A DNA stretch of 55,376 nucleotides. Origin: Candidatus Iainarchaeum sp. (GTDB taxonomy: Archaea; Iainarchaeota; Iainarchaeia; JAGGVJ01). Below are positions 37,853 to 48,166 of this stretch, piece after piece. The stretch spans positions 1 to 55,376 of the forward strand of contig JAGGVJ010000045.1 in the NCBI GenBank assembly GCA_021158055.1, in the 5' to 3' direction. Position numbers and translations under genes: made by a program. How positions within the stretch are numbered: position 1 is the first letter of the stretch; every line of letters begins with the position of its first letter. The notes beneath the pieces are model-generated. The model was not told the origin of the DNA, made no database searches, and saw only the letters and a list, made by a program, of their open reading frames with translations.

Positions 37853-38551
37853 ACCGTTTTGAGTCAGCCTGAAAAACGCGGTTGTCCCTTCAGGAACCCA
37901 CTGGTGTTTCTTCACAATGGCCTTTCTTTTGCCAAGCGAATCAACCCTTTGAAGCTCCACAATTATATTGCTTGAATAACGCAAAATGTCCCCGCTCACC
38001 GGCTTGACCCCCCCGCTTGCAGAACCGATGTCCGCGTAAACCTGATTGCTTACAAGAACCGCGATATTGTTTTTTCTTGCTATCCCCATTAATTTTGAAA
38101 TCTGGCCCCCGAATTCGCGGTTCAGCTTTACCACATCATTTTCTTCACCAAGCTCCAGCCTGTAAAGGGAACTGATTGAATCAACCACTATGACCTGCGT
38201 CTCTTTTGTAACCGCTTTTTCAATGTTTTTCAGGGCAAGCTTTTGCTCGGAAAAAGTTGTCGGCTCAATCAAAGTTATTCTTGAAAGAGCCTCGCGCGGG
38301 TCTTTCAAAATCTGGCCTGCGCGCTCAAAAGAAAACCCGCTTTCAGTGTCCACAAAAATAACATTCACACCGTTGCTGGCCAGCAAAAGACTGCACTGCA
38401 TGCAAATATTTGTCTTTCCGACAGTTGAAGGACCGTAAAACTGAGTTATCAGCCTGCGCTTTATTCCGCCGCCAAGCAAAGAATCAATATTTTGACACCC
38501 TACAGAAATATAATCCTGTTTTTTGTCTGCCTGCCTTAATTCCATCAACAA
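37838..38551 (-). CDS. radB: DNA repair protein RadB
   Basis: LLGGG..ITQFYGPSTVGKTN, FVDTESGFS.ER, VVDSI, NQVY and C-terminal KH motif. Lacks the RadA N-terminal domain. Confidence 0.92.
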   Translation of the reverse strand: MLMELRQADKKQDYISVGCQNIDSLLGGGIKRRLITQFYGPSTVGKTNICMQCSLLLASNGVNVIFVDTESGFSFERAGQILKDPREALSRITLIEPTTFSEQKLALKNIEKAVTKETQVIVVDSISSLYRLELGEENDVVKLNREFGGQISKLMGIARKNNIAVLVSNQVYADIGSASGGVKPVSGDILRYSSNIIVELQRVDSLGKRKAIVKKHQWVPEGTTAFFRLTQNGVEDT

Positions 38552-38779
38552 CTATATTGTTTTCAAAAAATATTAATGTAATTGACAAAAACAAAAAATG
38601 CTGCGCAAAACAAGGGATGCAACTCAACAAACAAACCAATAAATACATAAAAAACACTATGTTGTAAGTTAATCATTCCCGGCACTCCGCCTGGTTCCAT
38701 AACAAAATAACCCGGTCCCGCAACAAAATAAACTGCGGGGTTCCTCTGTGAAATTATTTAAGCAACAAACGGTGAAAAA

Positions 38780-40993
38780 ATGGTCGTCAACAAAAAACCC
38801 AAAAAACCAGAAGTCACATTAAAAATTCAGGAAACATTCCAGGACTACGTCGGAAAAGGACTTGTCACAATCGACATTAAAACAAAAGAACACCTTAACT
38901 TAAGCAGCGGCGACATCGTGGAAGTTGAAGGAAAGAAAAAAACCGCGGGAGTAATCTGGCCGGCGCCATCCCAAGACGAGGGCTCGGACATAACAAGACT
39001 TGATCCGCTTGTAAGACAAAACGCCGACGTGACCATAGGTGAAAAAGTAATCATCAGAAAAGCCGATTTTGTGGACGCGCAAAAAATAGTCCTTGCTCCA
39101 AGCGAAGCAATCAGGTTTGTCGGGGAAGGATACGAACGCATGATAAAACGCCAGTTCATGGGAAGGCCTTTTATCAAAGGCGACAAAGTCATGGTTAAAA
39201 TCCTCGGAGGAGGAATCTCATTTTTAGTGGTGAACTCAAAACCAAGCAACTCAATAGTCAGGATAACCCCTGCAACCGAATTTGAAATAAAAGAAGAACC
39301 GGTAAAAGAAATAGAAACCGCCAGCCAGCTGACTTACGAAGACATAGGGGGAATCAAAGACGAAGTCCTGAAAGTCAGAGAAATGGTAGAGCTCCCGATG
39401 CGCCACCCGGAACTTTTTTCAAAACTCGGAATTGACCCACCAAAAGGCGTTTTGCTGCACGGTCCGCCCGGAACCGGAAAAACCCTTCTTGCAAAAGCAG
39501 TCGCCAACGAAACAAACGCACACTTCATTTTGCTCAACGGCCCGGAAATCATGAGCAAATTCGTGGGAGAAGCAGAAGAAAGGATAAGGGAAATATTTGC
39601 CGAAGCAGAAAAAAACATGCCTTCAATTATCTTCATTGACGAGCTCGACGCAATCGCACCGAAAAGAGACGAAACCTCAGGTGAAGTCGAACGCAGAGTA
39701 GTTGCACAAATGCTCACGCTAATGGACGGCCTGCAGGGAAGGGGACAAGTAATTACAATCGGCGCCACAAACAGGCCGAACTCCATTGACCCCGCGCTGA
39801 GAAGACCGGGAAGATTTGACCGCGAAATAGAACTTGGGATTCCGGACAAAAAAGCGCGCTTTGAAATACTTCAAATCCACACCCGCGGAATGCCACTCAA
39901 CAAAGACGTTGACTTAAACGCGTTTGCGTCAATCACACACGGTTTTGTCGGAGCCGACCTGTCAGCGCTTGTAAAAGAAAGCGCAATGAAAGCGCTTAGA
40001 AGAATACTTCCGAAAATAAACCTGGAAGAAGAGACCATTCCCATTGAAGTGCTTGAAAAACTTGAAGTCAACAAAAAAGACGTCACAGAAGCACTCAAAG
40101 AAATCCAGCCATCGGCACTGAGGGAGGTCTTAATAGAGGTCCCGAACGTTAAATGGGAAACAGTCGGAGGGCTCGAAAACGTGAAAAAGGCGCTGAAGGA
40201 AGCAGTTGAATGGCCTCTTTCAAACCCGAAAATGTTCAAGCGGCTTGGAATACGGCCCCCGAAAGGAATACTTTTATACGGTCCGCCCGGATGCGGAAAA
40301 ACCCTGATTGCAAAAGCAGCTGCAACAGAAAGTGAAGCAAACTTCATTTCCATCAAAGGACCGGAAGTCCTGTCAAAATGGGTAGGTGAAAGCGAAAAAG
40401 CAATCAGGGAAATTTTCAGAAAAGGAAGACAAGCATCCCCCGTCATAATATTTTTTGACGAGCTTGACTCAATCGCGCCGCACCGCGGAGAAGACACCGG
40501 ATCTCATGTAACAGAACGGCTCGTGAACCAACTTTTAACTGAAATGGATGGGATGGAAGACCTCAAAGACGTTGTTATCATAGGAGCAACAAACAGGCCT
40601 GACATAATCGACGCGGGACTCTTAAGGCCGGGAAGGTTTGACAAAATGATTCTTGTCCCGTCGCCGGACTATGACGCAAGACTTCAAATACTGAAAATCC
40701 ACGCTTCAAAAACACCGATTGCACAAGACGTCAGCCTGGAAGGAATTGCCAAAAAAACAGACCAGTACACCGGAGCAGACCTTGAAGCGCTTGTTCGCGA
40801 AGCGGCAATGAGTGCACTTCGCGAAGACATAAACGCAAAAACTGTTGAAAAAAAGCATTTTGACCAGGCACTTGAAACAATCAAGCCATCAATTGACTCT
40901 GCAGTTCGCGAGTTTTACCGCGAATTTGCAGAACGGCACAAAGAAAAAATAAAGAAAAAACCGGAAAAAGACAGAAACGCATACATCGGGTAA
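38780..40993 (+). CDS. cdc48: CDC48/VAT AAA+ ATPase
   Basis: N-domain plus two AAA modules (GPPGTGKT and GPPGCGKT; RRPGRFD and LRPGRFD). C-terminal HbYX-like YIG. SD GGTGA. Confidence 0.96.
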   Translation: MVVNKKPKKPEVTLKIQETFQDYVGKGLVTIDIKTKEHLNLSSGDIVEVEGKKKTAGVIWPAPSQDEGSDITRLDPLVRQNADVTIGEKVIIRKADFVDAQKIVLAPSEAIRFVGEGYERMIKRQFMGRPFIKGDKVMVKILGGGISFLVVNSKPSNSIVRITPATEFEIKEEPVKEIETASQLTYEDIGGIKDEVLKVREMVELPMRHPELFSKLGIDPPKGVLLHGPPGTGKTLLAKAVANETNAHFILLNGPEIMSKFVGEAEERIREIFAEAEKNMPSIIFIDELDAIAPKRDETSGEVERRVVAQMLTLMDGLQGRGQVITIGATNRPNSIDPALRRPGRFDREIELGIPDKKARFEILQIHTRGMPLNKDVDLNAFASITHGFVGADLSALVKESAMKALRRILPKINLEEETIPIEVLEKLEVNKKDVTEALKEIQPSALREVLIEVPNVKWETVGGLENVKKALKEAVEWPLSNPKMFKRLGIRPPKGILLYGPPGCGKTLIAKAAATESEANFISIKGPEVLSKWVGESEKAIREIFRKGRQASPVIIFFDELDSIAPHRGEDTGSHVTERLVNQLLTEMDGMEDLKDVVIIGATNRPDIIDAGLLRPGRFDKMILVPSPDYDARLQILKIHASKTPIAQDVSLEGIAKKTDQYTGADLEALVREAAMSALREDINAKTVEKKHFDQALETIKPSIDSAVREFYREFAERHKEKIKKKPEKDRNAYIG

Positions 40994-41040
40994 CACTTGT
41001 TGCCCCGTGTTTTTTTCTTTTTATTTCTTGATTAACAGTT

Positions 41041-41625
41041 TTATTTCGGAAAATAGAGCAAAAAAGCAGGGATTGCAAACACAATCGCCCAGACAGCCGG
41101 GTTCCACACAAACACTTTTCTGCCGTCAAGCGGACCAAAAGGAATCATGTTAAACAAGGCAAGAATTAAGTTTATTCTAAAACCCCAAAAAGCAACACCT
41201 TGAATCAAAGTATTGCCAGTCTGAATTTCAATCAAGGAAAAAATTGCGGCAAGAACAAGATTCATAACTGGGCCTGCAACTGAAATAATCCCGTTTTCCC
41301 TCGTGCTCAAATACTGCTTATAAATCCATACTGCCCCAGGCGCCGCAAACACAAACCTAAAGACAATGGAAAAAATCAAAGCCATTGCAAGACCTTCTTT
41401 CCAAAGCCTGTAGCCTGCAGTGCAGCCAAACCTTTGCGCAACAAACTTGTGCGCAAGCTCGTGCAAAATAAAACCAATGCCCACAGTGAAAAATGACAGC
41501 ACAACAAAAAACGGAAAACTTGCAACATCACGCGTCATGACAAAAGCAAACGCTACGCTCAAAGTGACTACAGAAATTGCTATGTGACTTGCTTCAGTTG
41601 AATCCACTTCAAACACCCATGACAA
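41041..41625 (-). CDS. Site-2 protease (M50 family)
   Basis: HELAH, AGPVMN, FNMIPFGPLDG. Confidence 0.92.
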   Translation of the reverse strand: MSWVFEVDSTEASHIAISVVTLSVAFAFVMTRDVASFPFFVVLSFFTVGIGFILHELAHKFVAQRFGCTAGYRLWKEGLAMALIFSIVFRFVFAAPGAVWIYKQYLSTRENGIISVAGPVMNLVLAAIFSLIEIQTGNTLIQGVAFWGFRINLILALFNMIPFGPLDGRKVFVWNPAVWAIVFAIPAFLLYFPK

Positions 41626-41731
41626 TTAACAAAAAACCAAAGTGCAAACAGGAGCTCTGCTGCCTGCCAAACATTACATCGCTATATATAAATAGTTTCA
41701 ATGCATTAATATTCTTTGCGGGGGTGGTAGA

Positions 41732-41896
41732 TTGGACCAAAAAGGACAGATCTCAGTGGAACTAATTATAGTGATGGCTGCAATTATAGCCATAGCGCTT
41801 GTCTTGATTACCCAGTTCCAGGCAACAGTCAAGGAAGGATCAAGCGCAATCGAAACAAAACGAAGCGAAATTTTCTCAAAAATAGGTGATATCTGA
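41732..41896 (+). CDS. 54-aa mini-pilin, TTG start (not in ORF track)
   Basis: MDQKG|QISVELIIVMAAIIAIALVLITQFQATVKEGSSAIETKRSEIFSKIGDI*. SD GGGGTGG. TGATG overlap with the next gene. Confidence 0.85.
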   Translation: MDQKGQISVELIIVMAAIIAIALVLITQFQATVKEGSSAIETKRSEIFSKIGDI

Positions 41897-42078
41897 TGAC
41901 TACACTGTCAGAAGACAAAAAAGCACAGATATCACTTGAAACAATGCTTGTAGCCTCGGCGCTTGTTGCCTGCGCGGTTGCAATAGTCGTCCTGATGAAA
42001 ACAAGCATGGGAAAAGGAGAAAATGAATTTTCAAAAGGAGTTTCAAGCGCTCTCAAAGAATCAAAAAAAATCAGGTGA
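41896..42078 (+). CDS. 60-aa mini-pilin
   Basis: EDKKA|QISLETMLVASALVACAVAIVVLM. Confidence 0.83.
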   Translation: MTTLSEDKKAQISLETMLVASALVACAVAIVVLMKTSMGKGENEFSKGVSSALKESKKIR

Positions 42079-42532
42079 GCTTTTCAGGCGAAACCCACAG
42101 TTGTTTTTCGGTCAGGCGTCGCTTGAATTCATAATCCTTTTAGCTGCAGGGCTAGCCGCGCTTGGAGTAATCATTGTTGAGATAAACACGGTTGTTGAAA
42201 CAAGCGACTTTGCCCTCGGGACAATCCAGTCGCGTCAGGCAGTGCAGCAAATAACCTCGGCAATAAACACGGTTTCTCTTCTTGGAAACGGGAACACCGT
42301 AAGAGCAGAAACACAGCTTTCAAAAGGAAAACTTACTCTTGAAATACAAAACCAATCAACCGAAGCCAAAAGAAAAGAGCTTTGCGCCACGTTTGACCTG
42401 CTTGGCCAAAAAAAGAAAACGTGTTCAAAAATAGTTGCCGAAATCGAATCAATCCCGAAAAAAGTTGAATCCGGCAGGACAAGCTTTACCGCTGAAAACA
42501 AAAACGGGAAAATAACAGTAAAAATTATATAA
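42023..42532 (+). CDS. Minor pilin (class III signal peptide), start uncertain
   Basis: G|QASLEFIILLAAGLAALGVII. AINTVSLLGNG resembles AIDSVNIAGDG in the 15981 pilin. Confidence 0.78.
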   Translation: MNFQKEFQALSKNQKKSGELFRRNPQLFFGQASLEFIILLAAGLAALGVIIVEINTVVETSDFALGTIQSRQAVQQITSAINTVSLLGNGNTVRAETQLSKGKLTLEIQNQSTEAKRKELCATFDLLGQKKKTCSKIVAEIESIPKKVESGRTSFTAENKNGKITVKII

Positions 42533-42615
42533 TCAATCGCAAATTATACAATTAATCGCACAACCACCCACCCAACCGCACAACCACCCAATCACCCGTA
42601 ACTTATCCGACCCAC

Positions 42616-42996
42616 TTACCTAAACCCGGCTTCCAAAACCACCTCCTTGAGCACCCCAGAAGAATCAGCAAGCAACCTTGATTCCACTGCACAAAATCCA
42701 CACGAACCATTTGAAACAACAACGCCGTCAAACTCAAAACAGTATACAAGTTCTGGATTAACCAAAAAGAAAACCTTGTCAAGATTTTCTTTTATCCTTT
42801 CCCTTCTTGAAAAAGCCAAATCCTCAAAAAGACCGTTTTCCTCAAGAGCAGTCAAAGCATCAGAAACCATAATCTGAAGGATCTCTTTATCATGCAGCAC
42901 ATTCTCCTGAAACGAAAAAGTTGACGCAACAACCAAAAAAGAAACCAATGCCAAAAGCAACAGCGATGATTCAATTGAATAAATTACACCTTTCAT
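42616..42996 (-). CDS. Pilin-like protein
   Basis: MKG|VIYSIESSLLLLALVSFLVV. Overlaps the upstream stop. Confidence 0.72.
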   Translation of the reverse strand: MKGVIYSIESSLLLLALVSFLVVASTFSFQENVLHDKEILQIMVSDALTALEENGLFEDLAFSRRERIKENLDKVFFLVNPELVYCFEFDGVVVSNGSCGFCAVESRLLADSSGVLKEVVLEAGFR

Positions 42997-43730
42997 TCAC
43001 ACACCCCCACCCTCAAAACCCCGACACCCACATCGCTTTCGGTTTTAACAGAAACAATCCTTGAAACAACCACACAATCACCACTCCAACCGGCTTCTTT
43101 TTCAGCAAATCCCTTGTTTTCAGCGCAGTACTCACGCGGAAAACACACCGAAACCAAATCAGACTCCACACTCACCGCAAGCTCTTTTCCAGTATCCAAC
43201 ACATCATTTAACATTGCTGAATCAAGCGACTCAAGAAAAACAACCCTTTTTTCAGGAAGAAAAACAACCGACTCTTTCACCTGACGCTTCAACGAATCAT
43301 AAAAAGCAAGACCAAACCTGTCAGGAAACCCAGTCCAGTCAACAGGGTGGCCAGGATCATTCAAAAACAGCTCGGAAACAGAAAACGCCACACGCTGCCT
43401 TTCAACTGTCTTTTGCCAAACCAAAGCCCACCCTTCAAAACCCGAAACAAACGCAACCGTGTAAAAAAGCATAAGCATCACCAACATCGAAAAAACAAGA
43501 GAATCCAAAAGCATTGCCTGGCCCCTTTTGAAACCTGCTTTGCTTCCGGTTCCGATCTTGATTTTGGGGTTTCGTTTGGTTCCAGCCATGGTTTTATAAT
43601 CAAAAAGCGTGAGAGCAAAAGGCGTGAAAATAAAAGTTAACAAAAACTGTAAGGGAAATAAAGTTTTTCCCTTTCTGAAAACTGAAGCAAACCCAGCAAC
43701 CAGCATCAAAAACGCCGAAATCTTTTGCAT
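42993..43730 (-). CDS. Pilin-like protein with long leader
   Basis: FKRG|QAMLLDSLVFSMLVMLMLF and PG.P.DW...GLA motif. Start 43730 is supported by a TGATG overlap and GAGGTG. Alternative ATG at 43589. Confidence 0.72.
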   Translation of the reverse strand: MQKISAFLMLVAGFASVFRKGKTLFPLQFLLTFIFTPFALTLFDYKTMAGTKRNPKIKIGTGSKAGFKRGQAMLLDSLVFSMLVMLMLFYTVAFVSGFEGWALVWQKTVERQRVAFSVSELFLNDPGHPVDWTGFPDRFGLAFYDSLKRQVKESVVFLPEKRVVFLESLDSAMLNDVLDTGKELAVSVESDLVSVCFPREYCAENKGFAEKEAGWSGDCVVVSRIVSVKTESDVGVGVLRVGVCE

Positions 43731-44107
43731 CAGCAAAACACCTCTGCTTCGTACGGGCAATACGTTTCTATGTTTTTTTGGTCAGAAGCAGCTAACGCCA
43801 CAGTAAACTTCACCGGTTTTCCTGTCTCGTCGCAAACCCTGTTTTTTTCACACACGCTCCAATCCAGGCTGATTTTCTGTGCATTGCTTTCATTGCCGTG
43901 CAGCTCAAGAAAACAACCCTTGCCGCACACCGCAATCGCATCCAGCCTGACTGCGGTTTCTTCAAATGCCAGGTAAAGTTCTTTTTCGCTTGCGTGTTGT
44001 TTTGCGTGGCTGAAGAACTGATTTTGGGACTCAAGCGCAAACCCTGTTGCAAGCAATACAATGACAATTGAAAAAAGGGCTTCAATTGTTATCTGGCCCT
44101 GCTTCAA
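43730..44107 (-). CDS. Pilin-like protein
   Basis: MKQG|QITIEALFSIVIVLL. Confidence 0.78.
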   Translation of the reverse strand: MKQGQITIEALFSIVIVLLATGFALESQNQFFSHAKQHASEKELYLAFEETAVRLDAIAVCGKGCFLELHGNESNAQKISLDWSVCEKNRVCDETGKPVKFTVALAASDQKNIETYCPYEAEVFC

Positions 44108-44811
44108 AGAACCAACTCCTCAATCAACTGCAGCGCGGTTTTTTTCACAACCAGGGTGTAGCCTGTTGGAAAAATCACGGTTTTTGTGAGAGTTGAATTG
44201 CCTGACTTTGCAGTGATTGTCGCTCCAAGAACAAGCCCCTTGTGCTCTGCCAAAACGAACTCTTGCGCAACAGGGTTTGAAATCTTTTTTTCTTCACCCA
44301 ATTCAAGGATTTTTAAAGCAAGCTCTTTGTTATCTACAAAAGCCAAAAGATAACTTTTCAGGGAATGGTTTCTTACAGCAATTATTTTCTCAATGTCACT
44401 TTTTTTAATCGGCTGTTTTTGAAGCGCAGTTGTGTTTTCGTAACTTTCAGGGTTTAATCCAGATGAAAAATAACCGGCACCCGTTTGTTTTTTCACCCAC
44501 AAATCGACTTCAACTGCCCCAGAATACTTTTTTTCAAGTTCTTGTTCCAGGCAAAGTATTTTTTCAGCCAGAGCAATTCGTTCCAAACCAGGCTCTGTTA
44601 AAAGCTGGTGTGAAAGAACGGAATAAACAAGAGATTCAAAGGAATGCAAGATGTCTTTTTTTACCTGTTTTGCTTTCATTTCCAAAAAAATAGCCTGATC
44701 TGCCTCAACAAGCCTTGAGTGCATGACTGCGTTTGACGCGATTAAAACAAGCAACCCTGCAACGATTACAGTCACTACAATAAAAGAAGTTATCCCTTTT
44801 CTCAAATCCAT
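44104..44811 (-). CDS. Pilin-like protein
   Basis: MDLRKG|ITSFIVVTVIVAGLLVLI. Start moved to ATG 44811. Confidence 0.68.
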   Translation of the reverse strand: MDLRKGITSFIVVTVIVAGLLVLIASNAVMHSRLVEADQAIFLEMKAKQVKKDILHSFESLVYSVLSHQLLTEPGLERIALAEKILCLEQELEKKYSGAVEVDLWVKKQTGAGYFSSGLNPESYENTTALQKQPIKKSDIEKIIAVRNHSLKSYLLAFVDNKELALKILELGEEKKISNPVAQEFVLAEHKGLVLGATITAKSGNSTLTKTVIFPTGYTLVVKKTALQLIEELVL

Positions 44812-45220
44812 CCCCGCAAATAACTCACGGTTAAAACAAGTAATATATTTTTCGATTGCGGCTGCAAAAAGCAAAGTGATTATTGGCGTGATTAGCGATT
44901 ATGGGTAGTGCTTAGTGTTTTTTGATGGTGCTTAACAGCAGGGAGTGCCTTTTCAATCGCTGTCAAAACATACAATCATAGAATATATCCTGTTTTGAAG
45001 CTGTTTTGCTGAATTTCAAAGGTTTTAACAAAAAATACTTTTATTTTCAGATAACTTTAATAAAGCCCTTTTTCATAAATTATAATTACTAAGATGCAAT
45101 CCAATCAAACCAATCAATTTGGTCAAACCTGAGTATCTTACATTTTTTTTAATTAACACACATCTTTTATGATTTTTTATTAATACTCTTATTTTTTAAT
45201 CCGCAGATTAACTGGTAGAT

Positions 45221-46123
45221 TTGATGACTGACAAACAAGAAGACAACACTGATTTATTAACCGATATCAAAGGCGAAAGAGACAAACTAAACGAAAAGGT
45301 AAAGTCTCTTGCTTCAAACAGAAAGGAAATTCGGGAAAAGTTCAACAAAATACTTGACATTGCACGCGAAGCAAAAATCGAAAGAGACCTTGAAAACACT
45401 CATGTAAGCAGTTTCAAGGCAGAGCGCGAGGAAATAAGAAAAAAACTTGACGCGTCACAGGCAATATTAAACGAGCTTGAAAAAACCCACCGCGAACTTG
45501 CAGGCGACTCACCGGTTTCTTACGCAAACCTGAAAAAACGCATGAACGCCATTGACTGGAAAATCCAGACCGAGCTTGTGGGTCGGGAAAAAGAACGCTC
45601 TCTTGTAGAAGAAGTCACGAGGATCCAAAAACAGCTTGACGAACTCAAAGACGTCAAAGACGTTGAAGAAAAACTTTTCAAGGCGAAAAACGAGTTCAGT
45701 ACAAATCTTAAAGAATTCAAGGTGAAAAAAGCCGCCGTGATGAAACACGCTGCAAGAAGCGAAAAATGCCACCAGAAAATGCTTGAAGCGTTTAAAAAAG
45801 CAGATGAGTTGCGCAAACAACTTGACGAGTCAGACCCGCAGTTTGAAGAACTCAAGCAAACCGCAAACGAAAAACACGAGGAGTTTGTAGGCAAACTCAA
45901 AAAAATAGAGGAAAAAGACAAAGCCGTCAAACAAGAGACACAAAAGAAAATCAGTGAAAAACGCGCAAAAGTAACAAAAGAAAAACAAGAACGTGCAGAA
46001 GACATTTTCGAGGCGTTGAAGTCAGGGCAAAAAATTGATTTGGAAGACATTCTTATCCTGCAGAAATTCGGGCTTGACAATCCAAAAGCTGATAAGAAAA
46101 AAGTTGTTGAAAGCAAAAAATAA
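45221..46123 (+). CDS. Archaeal coiled-coil protein (COG1340-like)
   Basis: Continuous heptad pattern with ERDKLNEKV, IDWKIQT..L...ER.LVE.V and C-terminal AEDIFE.LKSG.KI.LED. Confidence 0.7.
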   Translation: MMTDKQEDNTDLLTDIKGERDKLNEKVKSLASNRKEIREKFNKILDIAREAKIERDLENTHVSSFKAEREEIRKKLDASQAILNELEKTHRELAGDSPVSYANLKKRMNAIDWKIQTELVGREKERSLVEEVTRIQKQLDELKDVKDVEEKLFKAKNEFSTNLKEFKVKKAAVMKHAARSEKCHQKMLEAFKKADELRKQLDESDPQFEELKQTANEKHEEFVGKLKKIEEKDKAVKQETQKKISEKRAKVTKEKQERAEDIFEALKSGQKIDLEDILILQKFGLDNPKADKKKVVESKK

Positions 46124-46235
46124 GAGCATGGAACAAATCCTGAAAAGTTCAAAAGGGATCATTTGCCACCCCCTCTTAAACTTTGAAATTTGTCTGATGC
46201 GAAATTTTAAAAATTCTCCTTACTAACTTATACAC

Positions 46236-47138
46236 ATGAAACGAATTGACGTAAAAACAGGTTACACCTGCAACAACAATTGCCTTTTCTGTGCTGTTGC
46301 CGGTCACAAGCATGTAGAAGATCTTTCAACCCTCAAAATAAAAGAAAAGATAACGCATGCAAAAAACAGCAAAGCTGACATACTGCTACTGACCGGGGGA
46401 GAGCCGACCATCCGGCACGATATCTTTGAATTGATAGAATTTGCTTCGCTGGCGAAATTCAATGATATAGCCATAGAATCAAACGGCAGAATGTTCAGTT
46501 ACGACTGGTTTGCAGACAAAGCAATGTCCTGTGGAGCCTACACCTTTTTAATATCTTTTCATGCACCAAACCCCCTGTTAGGCGATTATCTTGCAAACGC
46601 AAAGGGGAGCTACAATCAAACACTTAACGGTCTGAAAAACCTGACTGACCTCGGAGTAAAAATATGCGTAAACTCCGTCATCGTAAAACCGAACTACAAA
46701 CTACTTGAGCAAACCGCTGAAATATTAATCAATTTAAACATAAGCAAAATTCATTTCCCTTTCGTCGACCCCACAGGAAATGCTTTTAAATACCGTGAAG
46801 AAATCGTCCCGCGGCTCTCGGAAATTGCCCCGTACCTGCACAAGGCGTTTGACTTATGCAAAGAACGCGGGGTAAAGGCAACCACTGAAAAAATTCCTTT
46901 TTGTTATCTTGCAGGTTATGAGGAATCTATTGGGGAACAAAACATGCCTGAAACTGAAATATGGGCTCCTGATTATACCACGCCTGATTTTAACCGGTCC
47001 AGAACCACAGAAGGAAAATCAAAGGGCCCGCAATGCACATCATGCGCCTTTTTTCATAAGTGCGAGGGAGTCATGAATAATTATTCAAACCTTGTCGGTT
47101 ACGGCGAACTAAAACCAGTCAATAAAAACAATCAATAA
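46236..47138 (+). CDS. Radical SAM protein, HxsC-like #1
   Basis: CNNNCLFC, TGGEPTI, SNGRMF, IPFC, and C-terminal CxxC-x5-CEG..Y...G..EL.P. Confidence 0.88.
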   Translation: MKRIDVKTGYTCNNNCLFCAVAGHKHVEDLSTLKIKEKITHAKNSKADILLLTGGEPTIRHDIFELIEFASLAKFNDIAIESNGRMFSYDWFADKAMSCGAYTFLISFHAPNPLLGDYLANAKGSYNQTLNGLKNLTDLGVKICVNSVIVKPNYKLLEQTAEILINLNISKIHFPFVDPTGNAFKYREEIVPRLSEIAPYLHKAFDLCKERGVKATTEKIPFCYLAGYEESIGEQNMPETEIWAPDYTTPDFNRSRTTEGKSKGPQCTSCAFFHKCEGVMNNYSNLVGYGELKPVNKNNQ

Positions 47139-47194
47139 ACTTTGCGGGAAAAATCTTATGCAAATCTCAGATACAACATTACAAAGATTACAAA

Positions 47195-48052
47195 CTACAA
47201 AGGGTTCAACTCTTCTGCCCCGACAAATTTTTTATAGCTTCTCCAGATTCCCGAGCAATCAGAAAAATATTTGCATTGATTGCATTCCTCTTTGAAAAAC
47301 AACCTTTTCCTTTCTGTAGTGACTCCTTCTGCGTATCCCCTGAACTTCTCTGAAAGCACGCATTTTGGAAAATGATACAAGATAAAATCCAGCTCATTTT
47401 CCTTTAATACCGAACACGCTTTCTCTAAAAAGGGAACAACTTCTGAATATCTTACAATCAACTGTTTTTTGTTCAATGCAGCCGATCCCACGATATTAAA
47501 ATAAAGAAAAACAACATTGGACACACTCGGCATGTTCAAGGAAATAAATTTCGCTATTCTGGGCAACGCCTCATAATTAAGATTATGCACAACTACCCTG
47601 ATCTCAACTTCCACCCCCAACCTTAACAGGTTTTGAATCCCTTCAATGGTCTGGATAAAACTCCCTTTCGCTTGAGTGATCTTTTCAAAAAGTTCCTCTT
47701 CCCCGGCATGTAAGGGCACTGCCACACTCTTTAAACCCAAATCTGTCATTTTTTTTGAAAAATCAGCGTAACAGAACATTCTTGCATTGGTGAGCAGTCT
47801 CTTCTTGGCTTTCGGAAACCTTTTTTCAAGGCAGCTCATTATATCAAATATGTCAGATCTTATTGTCGGTTCACCTCCCCCTGTGACGCTGATCTCTGAC
47901 ACGTTTTCATCAAGCGAGTTTATCATTTGTTTAATGTCCTCTGTTGAAGGCCCTTCTTTAATTTCACACTGCGTCTTTGAATAACCCAACCTCACAATCG
48001 GACACATGACACAATTATTATTACATGAAAAACAAATATTAAGATCAATCAT
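47195..48052 (-). CDS. hxsC: His-Xaa-Ser system radical SAM maturase HxsC-like (closest to canonical HxsC)
   Basis: CNNNCVMC, GGEPTI, LLTNARMF, VPLHA, GSF.QT..GI.NL...VEIRVVVH..NY..L, YHFPKC, CxxC-x5-CSG. Confidence 0.75.
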   Translation of the reverse strand: MIDLNICFSCNNNCVMCPIVRLGYSKTQCEIKEGPSTEDIKQMINSLDENVSEISVTGGGEPTIRSDIFDIMSCLEKRFPKAKKRLLTNARMFCYADFSKKMTDLGLKSVAVPLHAGEEELFEKITQAKGSFIQTIEGIQNLLRLGVEVEIRVVVHNLNYEALPRIAKFISLNMPSVSNVVFLYFNIVGSAALNKKQLIVRYSEVVPFLEKACSVLKENELDFILYHFPKCVLSEKFRGYAEGVTTERKRLFFKEECNQCKYFSDCSGIWRSYKKFVGAEELNPL

Positions 48053-48166
48053 TTTATCATCCGCAAAGCATATCTATCATCTTACAAATATAATCTTTGT
48101 TCATTTCACACATTTTATGTTTTATCCTCCTGATGTTATATTTTTAGTGCTGAAAACAGCAAAAAA

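Noticed and set aside
37279-37854. ORF beginning with LKIPEQ repeats
   Set aside because: It arises from the 18-bp DNA repeat plus antisense overlap with the NFACT gene.
25074-40993. Dedicated ribosome quality-control cluster (ABCE1, Pelota, NFACT, CDC48)
   Set aside because: The genes are spread over 16 kb on different strands among unrelated genes, with no operon evidence.
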